Shown here: piece by piece, positions 48,945 to 63,303 of the stretch
How the letters are laid out: the number at the start of each line of letters is the position of its first letter
Position numbering within the stretch: position 1 is the first letter of the stretch
Source of the DNA: Eledone cirrhosa
Lineage: Eukaryota
Length of the DNA stretch: 64,000 nt
Assembly: GCA_964016885.1 (NCBI GenBank)
Contig: OZ024752.1
Location: forward strand, 22,506,001 to 22,570,000
Direction of reading: 5' to 3'
The notes under the pieces: generated by a model
Told to the model about the DNA's origin: nothing
The model's database searches: none
Seen by the model: only the letters and a program-made list of their open reading frames with translations
Program-made: the position numbers and the translations under genes

Positions 48945-49678
48945 AATGTTTCTTCTTCTTGACAACATATACAGATGCTTTTCTTGTAATATTTTTTTAT
49001 ATTATATTCCTAAAAATGTTTCTTCCATCAACAGTTAATATCTGAAGATGATGCAAACTTCTTTGTCATCCAAATTTAGTTAAACTACAAAATCATCTTG
49101 TAAACACTTCAGATAGTAAAAATAAATTTTGGTAATATATTCAGTAATTCTACCATAGACTTATATAAAGTGTTATAACAGTTCTGTATAAAACCTTTTA
49201 GTCTTAAAATGATGATGAATAATGATTACATGTGCAAGGTTTAAAAATTAATTTTTCTCAATGTCATCTGGTATTCTGAAATAAGAAAGAAACAGTATGA
49301 GATAATAAGAGAATACTTAAAAACTAGAGATAAATTTAACAGTGAAAATTTTACCTGTTTGTATTGATAGTTTTGTATGAGCAAGACATGGTCACTTGAC
49401 CTGGCATTGCCCACAACAGGACAACCCGTCTAACTCATGCTAGCGTGGAAGAATAGACGTAAAACGGTGGTGATGATGATGAAACTGTCGCTATAAAACT
49501 TTAATTGAACAATTAACTGACTTTAGTTTTTAATTTGCTGTTAAGATTACATCATACAACCTTGTGTGATGTCTCTATATATATATATGTAAAACTACAG
49601 CTATATCTTCAGATTGTATGACATTATACAAATATTTAAACAACAGCTACACCATTATATTGTGTAAAATTATATATA

Positions 49679-49945
49679 TCATCATCATTTTACATCCGCT
49701 TTTCTCTGCTTGCAAGGGTTGGACGGATCCTATTCAGCACAGCATCTCTCCACTTGTCACGGTCCTTCGTCATCTCCTCGGTGAGTTTCAGCAATCTGGG
49801 GTCTGCTCTCACCACCTCCGCCCATGTTTTACGTGGTCTACCTCTTCTGCGTCTTCCTTCTTGGCACTTCTTTACCCAGCGGTCATCCTCCATGCGCATC
49901 ACATGTCCATACCATCTCAGTCTTCTCTCCTGCACACCACAACTT
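49679..49945 (-). mobile_element. RTE LINE extreme 3' fragment
   Basis: ERRLRWYGHVMRM...RGRPRKTWAEVV...DRDKWR, with a (CAT)n tail complement. Confidence 0.82.
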
Positions 49946-50307
49946 ATCCCTCTTATATCCAGTACATTACTGGTACTTTATTTTATCGACCCTGTAAGGA
50001 TGAAAGGCAAATTTAATCGTGGCAGGATTCTATTTAGTTAAAGTGACTGCAAAATCTTTCATTCACACACACACATTATATATATATACACAGACACACA
50101 CATATATATATACACACACACACACATTATATATATACACACATTATATATATATACACACACACATTATATATATATATATACACAGACACAGATTATA
50201 TATATATACACACACATATATATATATATATAATGTGTGTGTGTGTGAATGAAAGATTTTGCTGTCACTTTGACTAAATAGAATAGTGTAATAATAATGG
50301 AGTTTAT

Positions 50308-51434
50308 AAACCCACTGATATACAGCTGGCCGCTAATGGGGTTGTATCCCATATAAACCCACTGATATACAGCTGGCCTCTAATGGGGTTGTATCCCATA
50401 TAAACCCACTGATATACAGCTGGCCGCTAATGGGGTTGTATCCCATATAAACCCACTGATATGCAGCTGGCCTCTAATGGGGTTGTATCTCATATAAACC
50501 CACTGATATACAGCTGGCCGCTAATGGGGTTGTATCCCATATAAACCCACTGATATGCAGCTGGCCTCTAATGGGGTTGTATCCCATATAAACCCACTGA
50601 TATACAGCTGGCCTCTAATGGGGTTGTATCCCATATAAACCCACTGATATACAGCTGGCCTCTAATGGGGTTGTATCTCATATAAACCCACTGATATGCA
50701 GCTGGCCTCTAATGGGGTTGTATCCCATATAAACCCACTGATATACAGCTGGCCTCTAATGGGGTTGTATCCCATATAAACCCACTGATATACAGCTGGC
50801 CTCTAATGGGGTTGTATCCCATATAAACCCACTGATATACAGCTGGCCTCTAATGGGGTTGTATCCCATATAAACCCACTGATATACAGCTGGCCTCTAA
50901 TGGGGTTGTATCCCATATAAACCCACTGATATGCAGCTGGCCGCTAATGGGGTTGTATCCCATATAAACCCACTGATATGCAGCTGGCCTCTAATGGGGT
51001 TGTATCCCATATAAACCCACTGATATACAGCTGGCCTCTAATGGGGTTGTATCCCATATAAACCCACTGATATACAGCTGGCCTCTAATGGGGTTGTATC
51101 CCATATAAACCCACTGATATACAGCTGGCCGCTAATGGGGTTGTATCTCATATAAACCCACTGATATGCAGCTGGCCTCTAATGGGGTTGTATCCCATAT
51201 AAACCCACTGATATGCAGCTGGCCTCTAATGGGGTTGTATCCCATATAAACCCACTGATATACAGCTGGCCTCTAATGGGGTTGTATCTCATATAAACCC
51301 ACTGATATGCAGCTGGCCGCTAATGGGGTTGTATCCCATATAAACCCACTGATATACAGCTGGCCGCTAATGGGGTTGTATCCCATATAAACCCACTGAT
51401 ATGCAGCTGGCCGCTAATGGGGTTGTATCCCATA
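50308..51434. repeat. 47-bp tandem minisatellite, about 24 copies
   Basis: Unit aaacccactgatat[a/g]cagctggcc[t/g]ctaatggggttgtatc[c/t]catat. Confidence 0.98.
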
Positions 51435-51772
51435 AAAGGCTTTTTGTTGCTTTAGGGACAGAGGCCTCAGCCTCTGGAAAGCAATGTGAAATAAAGAGTC
51501 TTGCTCAAGACCATAAGATGCCACATGGTATAGGAATCAAAACTGTGAGTTTCTGAGCGTATCTCCAAGATAAGGTAATTTAGATAATAAAGATATTTAA
51601 TTTACTTGAAACAATGACGAGGTACAGCTAAATATAAAATGTATTTTATGATGTAAGGTAGTGAACATGAGCAAGTAACAGTGGAATCTGGCTATAACAC
51701 ATCAACATTTCAGTTTAAATGTCACGAGGAAGAAACATATTTTTCCAATGTTAAATATTTTCTTAAAGTCTA

Positions 51773-52036
51773 AAGTCTGCCTCGGGCCTGGAAGCTCATT
51801 AGGCCAGTGCTTATCCCAGTTTCCAATGGTGTGTAGCGACTGAGAGTACAAGACTCCTCCCTGGGCAGGACGCCAGTCCATCGCAAGGGTTAAACCACCA
51901 GCTATTGCTGGTACTCATTTTCAGCTGAGTATAGTGGAGCAACATAGAATGAAGTATTTTTGCTCAAGAACACAACCCAGTCCAGGAATTGAACCTATGA
52001 CATGATGATCGTAAGTCCAACACGCTTACCACTCCA
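51773..52036 (-). mobile_element. tRNA-derived SINE with CORE-like and V-like segments
   Basis: Minus strand GGAGTGGTAAG...GGTTCAATTCC, then GTTGTGTTCTTGAGCAA and CTTGCGATGGACTGGCGTCCTGCCCAGGG, with tail gactttagacttta. Confidence 0.7.
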
Positions 52037-52889
52037 TATTTTCACTTGTATATAACTACAGAATCATTGGAGGGTTCACATAATTCTATTATTTACACAC
52101 ATCATTATAGACTTCAAGTAAATCTTTGTCAACTTACTATCAGATATAATCAATGTGTTGTGTCGTTAGTTTTTACTGAACAACCAAAGAAATAATCTCT
52201 CTGTTGTCAAATTATAATTTTCAAGGATTTTATCAGCTTTATTCCACATTAATGTTGGTGTATCTTCTTCATATTTAGTCATAAATTTATATCTTGTCAG
52301 AATGAAGTAGTGAAGCTGACTTTATGTCTTTAGCCACAGATTTGATTGGAAATATATATATATAAAGTTGATATGTGGTCTAAAATATATACTGTCCTAA
52401 GTGACTGGTGTCATTCTACTACAGATTGTAATGGAACTCTTAGTTCACACAACTGTAAAGTAAGAATAGATATGACAGTGTAAGACTGATGTCGGGGAAA
52501 GAAAAATTGTGTGAATATATATATAATTGTTACACAAGATTTAATTAGATTAATTAAAGTTATAATGAAGATAACATGTTTTACCTGCCTTCCATGATAC
52601 CAGTGACGTATGTTAAAAGTCCCTGACATAATTTAATGCATTCAGAAACTGTTCTAATCATATCTAAGGTTTTACCCAGTAAAATATCAATTATATATCG
52701 ATGAGGAAACCGAAAATATCTATCACAACTTTGTCTATTTGGTTAGGCGCTCATAATTTTAGTTATACAATCTCAAAAACAGGAAGCTTTTTGCATAAAC
52801 TTAGGATACACAAAGGCCGCCAGAAAACCATTCTCTTGCATGCGTATATATATATATTTGTATATGTGTGTGTGTATTGCTATATTTGG

Positions 52890-54500
52890 GGAAGGTTGTC
52901 CCCTCTCCCCTGTTGTACATATTGACACTCGAGCCATTACTGCACAAACTGAAGACATTCAGGAGAGTCCCGCACGAACTGGGATGTGGGAGAACCATAT
53001 GCCGATGACGTCACCATAGTGGTGTCGAACGGTAAAAGCATCGAGGCAATCAGCACTAAGAGAATACGAGGCAGTGACAAGAGCAATGATCAACCAGGAA
53101 AAGTCAGTGGGCCTGCAGTTCGGCACCTGGAGAGGCAGGTCCCTGCCATCCAACAGCGTCGTCGGGCGCTGGACGGATGGACCAGTTAAATTTCCAGGGG
53201 TCTGGTTCGGTCCGGACATCCAGACGGACAAAAAGGTCAAGCGGAGGTGGCAAACGCATACATTGTGTCCGTCATCTATTACTGCCTGACCGCCATACCT
53301 TGTCCTAAGCCTCACCTGACTGTGCTAGAGCGTTTGCTCTTTCACTTTTTGTGGAAGGGACGCACTCTGATGGTCAGGCAGTCCATCTGCTGTCAACTCC
53401 TACTACATGGAGAGCTGGGCACGCTGTGGCTGATGATGCGCAGACACGCGCTCAGGCTACGACATCTCCACCTCTTCCTTGATGGTGATCAGGTGTGGTC
53501 GCCATTTGCTAATGTTTCTTTCCCCAGCTCATCTCCTTGATGGAGCTGCAGTCCTGGGTCAAGCGAAGACCGAGAGGCAGCGTTTGGAGTCTGGAATGTC
53601 TTCAGGCGCTTATAGCCCTTGATCTGTTGAGCAATGCAATCAATGGAAACTCCACCTTGGTATTCTATAGAGGGTTAGTGGAGGGAAAGAGCGATGACAT
53701 CCTTGAGGAGACTCTGGGCATCAATGAAAATCAACTAGCCAATCTCTTTGGAAGAATTTTTGGGCCGGGGCCCATGGGCAATTTCCAGAAATCCCTGGCC
53801 TGGCAGTGCTACCGAAGAACTTTGCCAGTTCGGGATAAACTCTACAGGCATGAAAGTGCCATCAGCCGGGCCTGTCCGAGATGCGCGCAGGGCGACAAAA
53901 CCATCCTGCACGCACTCGTCCAGTGCCCCAGCATCGTTGACTTGTGGGCTTATGTCGAACATCTGCTGTTGCGTGTAGGATAGATCCAGCTATCAGCTGA
54001 GTCCATCGTGAGGATTGCCCCGCCGCCCTCCTTTAACCAGGAGGAACAGGCAGTTTTTATCTGCCTGGTGGCCATGGTAAAAGAGATCGTATGGTGGATA
54101 TATCTGAAAGGGTTGAAGACGGGCACTTTCCTCTTTGGTGACGCTCTCATTATCTTTTTCAGGTTTCCCCTGAAAAGGAAAATCAGGGTGGAGAGGGAAG
54201 TGCTCCCTTCCAGCCAGTTTGTTGAAAGGTGGGTGAGAGAAGCAAGAAAGGCCCGTGTGAATGGGCCTACCCTGAGTGTGTACCTGTAGTGTCGTAGGAG
54301 GAAGACTGGAAGAGTGGCTTTTTTGTGGGCTTTCTCCATGAGTGACCATGGGAAGACTCCCCCGCCTCTATTAGGGAATTTTTCCTTGCTTTGTTTTTGT
54401 TTTTTTACAAACAGAAATGCCCATTTGTACCGTCCTGTATTGTCCTGTGTTATCCTTAATGTTATACTTTATGTCAACCCTTGTGGTTAATAACGAAAGC
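52890..54500 (+). mobile_element. L1/Tx1 LINE, 5'-truncated copy 2
   Basis: Colinear with 3130-4853 (YADDVT, CPRC...HALVQCP) and has the same 3' terminus cccttgtggttaataa.gaaagc followed by ATT. Confidence 0.87.
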
Positions 54501-54589
54501 ATTGTTATTATATTACAAGAAATATTTAATAAAACACACTCAGTGTTTGGTTTGGGTTAGTTTTTGCTTCCGTATATATATATTTATAT

Positions 54590-57480
54590 TGTTATGTCTT
54601 CTTCGTTTTGTGTTGGGACAATAAAACAACTCATTGGAGGTGTTAATATGATTCAACCGTGATTATTTACTTATGTGTATATAGCGGAGTGATACACGTG
54701 CATATTCACTTTATTCACAGTTCATACTGACTACTAAATGCGCATAACAAAATAGTGCTAATCATAGAGATATATTTATATATATGTATACATACACATA
54801 CATATATATATATATGAACATATAACATCCCTTCTTCTAAAGAAAAAAGATCTTTTGGCAATTAAAAAAAAAAAATCTTCCCAACACTAGTGGATTGTCA
54901 GAGCGAAGGTGGCAATCCTGCAGCTGAAACCGTGAGATTTCTATTCTGCCCACACGCATGGTTTTCTGTTTCCTAATCTAAGCAAAATTAATTATTATTT
55001 ATCTATCTATTTTATTTACTTTCTTTTTTTTAGCGGTATCGAATCGATGGTAAGATATTGGGTCTCCATCTAGTAGACCTTGTGCTCTGTGCTGATGTCT
55101 GAGGTGTTGTACATGATGTTGATGTGTTGTTGGCTTGTTGATGGGTGGTTGGTGCCTGTTGAGGTGATGACTCTGTGGAAGTACACATTCTGTATGTGCC
55201 GTCATCTTCTGTGGGTGTTGTAGTTCTTGTTGGTGTTGCCACTAATGCTGCAGGTGTTGTGCATGTTATCCTTGGCAGCTTTGGTGTTGATCAGATGTGG
55301 GCCCTGTTTCATTTCAGCTGCCTACAAGATTCAGTCTCTATAAGGATTGATCTTGGAGTTTTGGCTCTACTGACGACTTGTGCTGGGATCCATGGTTTGG
55401 TTATAGGATCTTGAGCAGGCACATGTTGTCCTCCAAGTATCTCAGGTAAGTATTTTGCATGTTTGTTATAATATTTGTCCTTGCTCTTGAGGGGCTGCTA
55501 GCTTTGCCCTTGTCTCCTCCTGGTCAATAGGAGGTTGGATCTTTGTTGGCAGGGTGGTTTTGTATTTCCTGCTGGGGACTTCATATCAGCCCTCTGTGGT
55601 GTTGCTTGTAAGGACAGAAGTGCCAGATGAGGATCCTCCTTAGTTTCTCGGCATTTGATTAGGGTTTTCTTGACTGTCTGCACCTGTCTTTCTATGAATC
55701 CATGACCTTTGGGGTAATGTGGTAATGAGGTTATGATGTTGAACCCGTACTCATTGGCTAGCTTTTTGAATTCCTGAGATGTGAATTGGGTTCCATTGTC
55801 ACATATGATCTGCTCAGGTATTCCTATTTTCTGCTAGCAGTCCTCGAGCCACTGAAGTTATTGTTTTGGCTTTTAGGTCTTTCACCTTTTTCACAAATGG
55901 GAATTTAGTTTAGTAGCAGACCATAATTAAATACCATTCTTGGTTCTCTGTGAACAGATCTGCTCCAATAGCTTGCCATGGCCTTCTTGGGATGTCACTG
56001 GGTATCATTTCCTCCTATTGCTGTGAGTTTCTGTACTTTTGACAGATGTGGCATGTAGAAACCATATTTTCTATGTCTTTGTACATGCCTACCCAGTAAA
56101 CAGCTGACTTGGCTTGGAGTTTGTATTCCTCTATTCCCAGATGCCCTTAGTGGATCTTGTCAAAGATCTCTTTTTGCATTGATCTGGGTATGATTATTTG
56201 GGATCCAGCCATCAGGACTCCATTCTCTACTGATATGTCATCATGGATGGCCCAGTATTCATGAATGAGGGGCTGCACCTGATGTCTCTTCTCTGGCCAT
56301 CCCTGAATCACCATCTGGGTAAGTAGCTGGAGTTCTTTGTCTCTACTGGTCTCCTGTTTGATTTGTTCCAGCTTTATATTCATCACATTTACAATGTGAT
56401 GGATCTTTACACTGAGTCCTGCCATCTGCATCTGCTAGCACCAGGTCCTTTCCTAGCCTGTACTTGATATTGTAATCATACTCTTGGAGTCTCAACAATA
56501 ACCTTTAAAGTCTGGTTGGTGCTTTTGTGAGGGGTTTTTCTGTCTATTTGCTCAAGGGGGTGATGGTCTGACTCAATATTGAAGTGTCTGCACAGATATG
56601 TATGAAACTTTACACAGCCATAGACTATCACTAGGAGTTCCCTTTGTTTGCATACCTTATCTCTGTGGGTGAGAGAGCTTTCAAGGCATATACAATAAGT
56701 CTACCTTCCTGTATCAATGCTGTGCCAACTCCTCTCAAAGAAGCATCGACTTGGAGTGTTACTGTTTTTCATCTGTCATAGTACTGCAGAGTTGTCTCCT
56801 TGCTGATGAGCTTTTTGATTCTGTTGAAATCCTGTGTGTGTGAAGCACACCAATCAAACTATGTTATCTTTCCTTAGCTCTTGGAGGGTTGCAGTGTAAT
56901 CAGCCAGCTTGGGTATGAAGGCTCCTATGTACTGGATGAGTCCCAGGAAGCTCCTGAATTCCTTCTTATCTTTGGGTTCTTTGATGTGACTGATGGCTTC
57001 CACTTTTGCGAGATCTGGTTTCACACCCTATGCAGAGTACATCATTCCAAAGAATTTGCACTCTTTTGCTTTGATCACACATTTGTCTGCATTGAGCTTG
57101 ATACCTGCTTGTCGTGCTTTCTCCATAGCTTCATGTAGATTGTAGTTATGTGTGATCTCATCCTTGCCATACACTTGGATATTGTCTGCTATCCCGATTG
57201 CTCCCTTGCAGCCTTGGTAGGTCTCATCTACTTGGCATTGGAAGATATCTTGGCTCACCTTTTACCCAAATGAGAGTTGAATCTGCATCTGCCAAATGGT
57301 GTGTTGAAGGTAGTGATCATGGATGATTCTCAATCTATCTTTATATTCCAGTACCCATTTCTGGCATCCAGTTTGCTGAATATCTTAGACCCAGCTAATG
57401 ATGGTATGATTTCTTCAAGGGTTCGAATTGGCTAGTAGTCTCATTTTAATGCCTTGTTCAGATCCCTAGGGTCAAGACAT
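54590..57480 (-). mobile_element. Mag-type Gypsy, 3' half (RT-RNaseH-integrase, PPT, 3' LTR 54590-54827)
   Basis: CLDPRDLNKAL, SKLDARNGYW, GIADNIQVYG, MVIQGWP, CDNGTQF. PPT agaagaaggga is followed by TGTTATATG...CATAACA. Confidence 0.85.
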
Positions 57481-59005
57481 ATGTATGTGTATGTATACAT
57501 ATATATAAATATATTTCTATGATTAGCACTATTTTGTTATGCACATTTAGTAGTCAGTATGAACTGTGAATAAAGCGAAAACACGTGTATCACTCCGCTA
57601 TATACACATAAGTAAATAAACACGGTTGAATCATATTAACACCTCCAATGAGTTGTTTTATTATCCCAACACAAAACAAAGAAGACATAACATGGTGGCA
57701 GCGATAAGTACTTTATCAAAAACTGAGCCATTACAACAAAATAGGGACACAAAAATCGAGAAATTGACAAACTGAGTATCACTTCGTCTTCGGACACACA
57801 ACAATCCCAAGTGGCGGACCCCCTCGCTGTACAGATGAATTTACATCTGACCATGCTGATGATGTCGTGGAAGCATTCAAGAAATTCAAGCAAAAACGTG
57901 TATTGGCTTTCAAAAGCTTCCTGAAAGGTACAACTGCCGATAAAAAGGTAAGCTACATCCTTTCATAGACAGGAGAGAAAGGTTTAGACCTATTCAATAG
58001 TTGGGACATATCAGAATTGGATTGCAATAATCCAGACACACTCTTAGAAAAATTTGAAAGACACCTAGAGCCCAAATGAAACCACAGAATTCATAGGTAC
58101 GAATTTCAGGGTCTGAAACAAGAAACAAGAAACAATTGACAACTTCTTGTCCAGACTAAAGAATGTTGCCAAGAAATATGCAGCTGAAAGACAAAGACGA
58201 ATCGATTGTTGATCAACTCATATGCGGGTGTGCTCATGTGCGATAGAAGCAGTAGACAATAAATGTACATGAGATGGGAAATGACAACCAAAAAAAAAAT
58301 GAGGCATACACAACAATACAAATCCGAAGTCAGGCAAGAAATGAACAAACATTGACCTAAAGCTAAAGATCAACACTGGAGCTGAGAGCAATATCTTTCC
58401 TGTCAACCTTTACAAAAAGATGTTCCCAGAACACATGATGCAAGAGGATAAGGTCAAAGAAGGAATCCTCACACCACTGCATATGGAGGTACCAGGATTC
58501 CACAACTGGGCAAAACAACCATTACAGAGACACACAAAGGAAAAAAAAATCAAATGTTATTTTTATGTCATAAAAACAGAAGGACCTACAATTCTCTGAT
58601 TTAATACCTGCCAAAAGCTCAACATTGTGTCAATCAACACTGAAGTGAAGGCAGCCCTGAGCAGGATTGACAGAGATTTGCCTTTGGAAGACCAATTAAA
58701 AATAAAGATGAACTAATGAGCATGTACCCAGAATGTTTTGACGATACAGTCGGGTGTTTTGAGAAGTATCAGTACCATGGTAACAATTGATCCCAATGTC
58801 AAGCCAGTCATCCACCCACCTCACCGTGTTCTGCTAGAATTAAGAGAGAAGCTAAAAGCAGAATTGGACAAAATGGAAAAAAAACAAATAATCACCAAAG
58901 TGACACAACCAACCAACTGGGTGAACTCAATTGTAATTAAGGAAAAACCCAATGGTGCCCTACAAATATCCTTTGACCCTAGGAATCTGAGCAAGGCATT
59001 AAAAC
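57481..59005 (+). mobile_element. Mag-type Gypsy, inverted 5' half (LTR remainder, tRNA-Leu PBS, gag, protease, RT start)
   Basis: 57481-57692 is the reverse complement of the 3' LTR. PBS TGGTGGCAGCG at 57693, then LKINTGAESN and PTNWVNSIVIKEKPNG...DPRNL. Confidence 0.85.
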
Positions 59006-59007
59006 AA

Positions 59008-59301
59008 ATAAGTCTTACAGTTATATTGGTGCTACTTCTAAATTTAAAGAAAGGTGGTATGGCCCTCTCTGAATTGATTTGGTTGCTTAAAAATAATAAT
59101 ATTGAATATTCCTTTTCTTGGCAGAAACTTTCTCATGCTTTGCCTTATGAAAATGCATCTATATATAAGGAATGTAACCTCTGTATCACAGAGATTCTCC
59201 ATATCATTCAAAATAAGCATCTAATTATAAATAAACGCTCTGAAATCTTCAGTTCTTGTCTTCATAAGTTTAGCAAAACGTTTCATAGGGTATTTAGTTA
59301 A
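59008..59301 (+). mobile_element. PLE GIY-YIG C-terminal part (inverted continuation of 60898-61470)
   Basis: KSYSYIGATS...CNLCITEILHII...INKRSEIFSSCLHK. The first 34 bp are duplicated in inverted form at 60898-60932. Confidence 0.8.
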
Positions 59302-60897
59302 AATTTAAATAAAATTTTAATATACTGTTAAATAAATAATATAAAATTTTCTTTTTTATTTATAAATATTTTTTTAATTTATAAATATTTATAAAATGTT
59401 CTGCTTTTTTATTTATAAATCATTAATAAGCTAAATAAAAAAAATAAGTATTATAATATTCTTTCATCATAACTTTTATATCTATTTAAACTTTAATTAG
59501 TATAAAAATGAATTAATTTTAATATAAATTGACATATTAGGCTGTAATACATGCAGTTTTCGTTTTAAATAATTAGGCTACAACAAATACATCTTTTCTT
59601 TTGAACCAATTTATTAATCCCATAAAATGATAACCTAGCTAGTTATTAATATAGCAAAGTAAATTGTTGAATATTTTTTTCCACTCTCATAATATCTACT
59701 AAATTAAATTGTTTACTTAAGCTACAACAAAGTGTCTACGAAATTAATAATTTATAAATTTTTCTTTATTATATAGTTACATTATTAATTTGCATCTTCG
59801 AATATATATTAGTATAGTATCTAATTTAATCTAACATAAGTTATAAATAAATAACCTAACGGTCAATATTTGTTTTGATTTTTTTACCAATGCATTGCCA
59901 TCATATTATCGGCAGTTCGTGTCAATACCAACTGTAATATTTCTCCCACTCATATAATGCGTTCTGTGTAGAGGTTTTTCTATTTCATATGCCTGTTGGA
60001 TACGGATCTGGACAGCTCGTCTGACCGCCTGCATATTAAATGTTTTCTATATCTCCAGTGGATTTTGTCTGAAGAGAACATGTTTTGGCTTATGTTGTAG
60101 CGCAGTTATTTTCATGGCGTGTAACAATAATCTATTCATGCGTGATTTGATCACTGGTTGATCAATCATGTGTCACGCATGAATATCAACTTCCGCCCAA
60201 ACAAAGATTTTCGCGCTTCTTTTGTTTTCACTTTAACCAGTTGCTGCTTTGACGCCAAGACGTAAAACATCCATTTTTCCTTTCCAGCAAAATGTAACGG
60301 TATATTACAACTTCAGCCTGGTCGGCGACTGCTTCATTTGCATATAACAACTTTGTAATTTTAATTTGTTTGATTTCTTAATTTGGCATGCCAACACAAC
60401 TTTGTAATTCTATTTCGGTTGTAAATAAATCATGTAAAAAGTCCTAAAGTCTTATAATACTTTTACTGCCACCGCCTTGGACGTGATATGGGAAAATCCT
60501 TTTCCCAAGATTCTTATCACTACAACAGCAAATTCTCTTCTTTTGTGGCGACAACCTTACAACTGAACAACTTCTACATTCATCACTTTCGGCTAACATT
60601 GCCACACATAACAAAACGTTACATTTCTTGCTACGACAATTTAATAACATATTCCTATTATGCCAACACAGCATAATATTATATCTTTGCTAAAATATTA
60701 TACATAAGCCTTACATCTTCGAAATACGTATAATAAAATAAATTGGGATGGTCTAAAGTAACTGTCTTTCGTTTATTATTATATATATATATATATGTTA
60801 TATGTTCATATATATATATATATATATGTATGTGTATATATGAAAAGAGTCAGGACCCGACGGCTGAGCTCCGGTCATTTTGACAGCTAGATCTGAA

Positions 60898-63130
60898 TTA
60901 GAAGTAGCATCAGTATAACTGTAAGACTTATTCATTTTAACTATGCATTCATAAACTAAATTCCAATCAAGACAGTTATTATTTAGTGAGCAAATATTAC
61001 GGTTTTTACAATTATAATTATTTACGTTACTATTTAAATTTCCCTCTCTGTGTTCATAAGTCGGTAGATTTCCCTCGTCTATGTTAATGGAATTATGACT
61101 GTTATTTGAGATGTTAATTTTATTAGTGATTCTATGATAAATATTGTGAGTTATTTCCTTATGTTTAATTCCAAGATTTCTATTGTTAATTTTTGCTATA
61201 TTTTGAGCAATATTTTCAGTAGTCAAGTAGGAAAGTTTAATTGTTTGTCTGTTAAAGATTTTACTGTATTTATGTGATCTAGGAAAACATTTATCTAGTG
61301 TGTTAAAGAAAAGACTAGCTAAGTTCTTAATTCCTATAGATATTGGTGGAATATACCACAGAACGGAACGGGATCGAACCCTCTTATGTGACTTATTGGT
61401 TGTATTAAAGTTATATCCATTCGAAATCTGATTTGTCCTGACTCTATTGTTTAGGTTTGAGATATCCACATTATTATAAGTGTCATAAACCGTATGTATA
61501 AAAGGATCGATCGACTTTCGTCAAATCGGATCGAGGAAACAATGTTTCCGTTGGTTTTTCCAGTTGCTAGTACTACCTATCGGTCGCAACCCCAGGTAGA
61601 AGAAAACAACGTGAAATAAAGTGTCTTACTCAAGGACATAACGCATCGCCCAGTCCAAGAATCGAACTCACAACCTCAAGATTGTGAATCCAATTCTCTA
61701 ACCACTCAGCCTTCACTGTATGTATACTGGTGTTAATATCTATTATTTTTTATTTCTATGCGGCGGGGTGTAATTATTTTTATCAATATCTGTGTACTTA
61801 ATTTTATCATGTAACCTGCTCTATTTAATGCATTATTATAGTATTTAGCCTTACTATCAAAGATTTCCTTATTAGCTGAGGGTCTATAGATTCTCTGTTC
61901 TACACTATTGACTATGGCCTTGTAATGGAAATTTACAACATTGTGTGGATCACCAATTATAGTGATTAGTTGTTGGTAGTGGATTGTGTTCGAACCAATT
62001 ATAACAAGATGGTCAGCAGTGAAATAAAAAAAGTGTATAATAAATCAGAAGGCGTTTTGATTGAAAACAAACAGGAATTTATTAAGTCAAGTGACAAGCA
62101 TGACTAATGCAGAATATGTGACAGTAGGAAATAATGTTCAAGTCCATGAGTGTTGCAAATATTAGCTTCCAGTTATTCACATTGAAGAAGTAAAATCCTT
62201 GCTTCGTATTTAAGAATAATGTCCTGGGTTGCTGTTGCTACTGTTTGTGTTCAAAGGAGTCGCAAAGACCATGTCTGGACGGTGTGGAAATTCAGCGGCG
62301 ACTAACAAAGTCTTGGCGCTTCTTTTATCCTTGGGCGGAAGTGACGTCACTAATGTGCTTTGCGCATGTATCCATTATACCTTCTGAGGTTTCTAGGGTT
62401 GAGTAGTAGCTAACATAATTGAGGTTTTCATTTAATTCACGGCAAAGGCCTGAGTTGAGGTTTAACGTTACGTCTAGGTAGTTAACTACTCTATTATTAT
62501 TTTCTATTTCAAGTTTAAGACCATAATTATTTAAAAAATCTATTATTATTTTTTTTTCCTATTAAGGGCGCTATTATTATGGTTAATTAAGGTAAAAAGA
62601 GCATCATCACGGTACAAACTTCCGCCAAGTTCAGGTAATCTTCTGTGAATTAGGTTAAGAATGAAAACTCCAACAAGGTAAGTGACCTGAACCAAGTCTT
62701 TGGAACCCATGATGATGTCAAAATTTCCAGGTCGATCAGCTCTAGTCCATAATTCTCTATTGAAATCAATTATCGTTTTCCTAGCCGTAAGAATGATCTT
62801 AACTTCCTTGCTAGAAAGATCAGTATATTTCATTGCATCAGTTAAGGCTCTATTTATTAGTGTTGGTGAAATAGAAGAGTAGTAACTAGTTATATCCAAT
62901 TGTATAAATTTAATCAAGTTTTTTATTTTGAAGATCAGTGAATCAATCAATAACCTCATTGGTTCCATTCCATAATTTAAGTTGAGCAGCTTTAATGTTG
63001 GTATGATTCTGTCTAGAATGTTCTAGAATGTTCTTACTTATAATTCCTAGATCAGATTTAGATGGTGCTATAAGTCTAACAGGTAGTTCTGATTCAAAGT
63101 TATTTTTATGATCCTTCATATTTATTTATT
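60898..63130 (-). mobile_element. Neptune-type PLE, decayed RT and linker, interrupted by a SINE (61590-61712) and an unidentified insert
   Basis: FIQLDITSYYSSI, FDIIMGSKD, LYRDDAL, VNYLDVTLNL, VLWYIPP...KIFNRQTIKLSY, CKNRNICSLNNNC. Confidence 0.82.
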
Positions 63131-63138
63131 TTTCATTG

Positions 63139-63223
<85 letters not shown>

Positions 63224-63255
63224 TTGTTCAATGAAAAATAAATTTTACCCACCCT

Positions 63256-63300
<45 letters not shown>
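63139..63300. repeat. (CA)n and (TA)n microsatellites; similar tracts at 36646-36727, 42581-42842 and 43570-43643
   Basis: Direct reading. Confidence 0.95.

Positions 63301-63303
<3 letters not shown>

Noticed and set aside
50308-50354. Hammerhead in the satellite unit (CTGATA...TAAA)
   Set aside because: It lacks CUGANGA and GAAA, and the helix order does not fit.
59930-60680. Possible decayed DNA-transposase coding region
   Set aside because: The composition looks coding, but I recognised no motif or terminal repeats.
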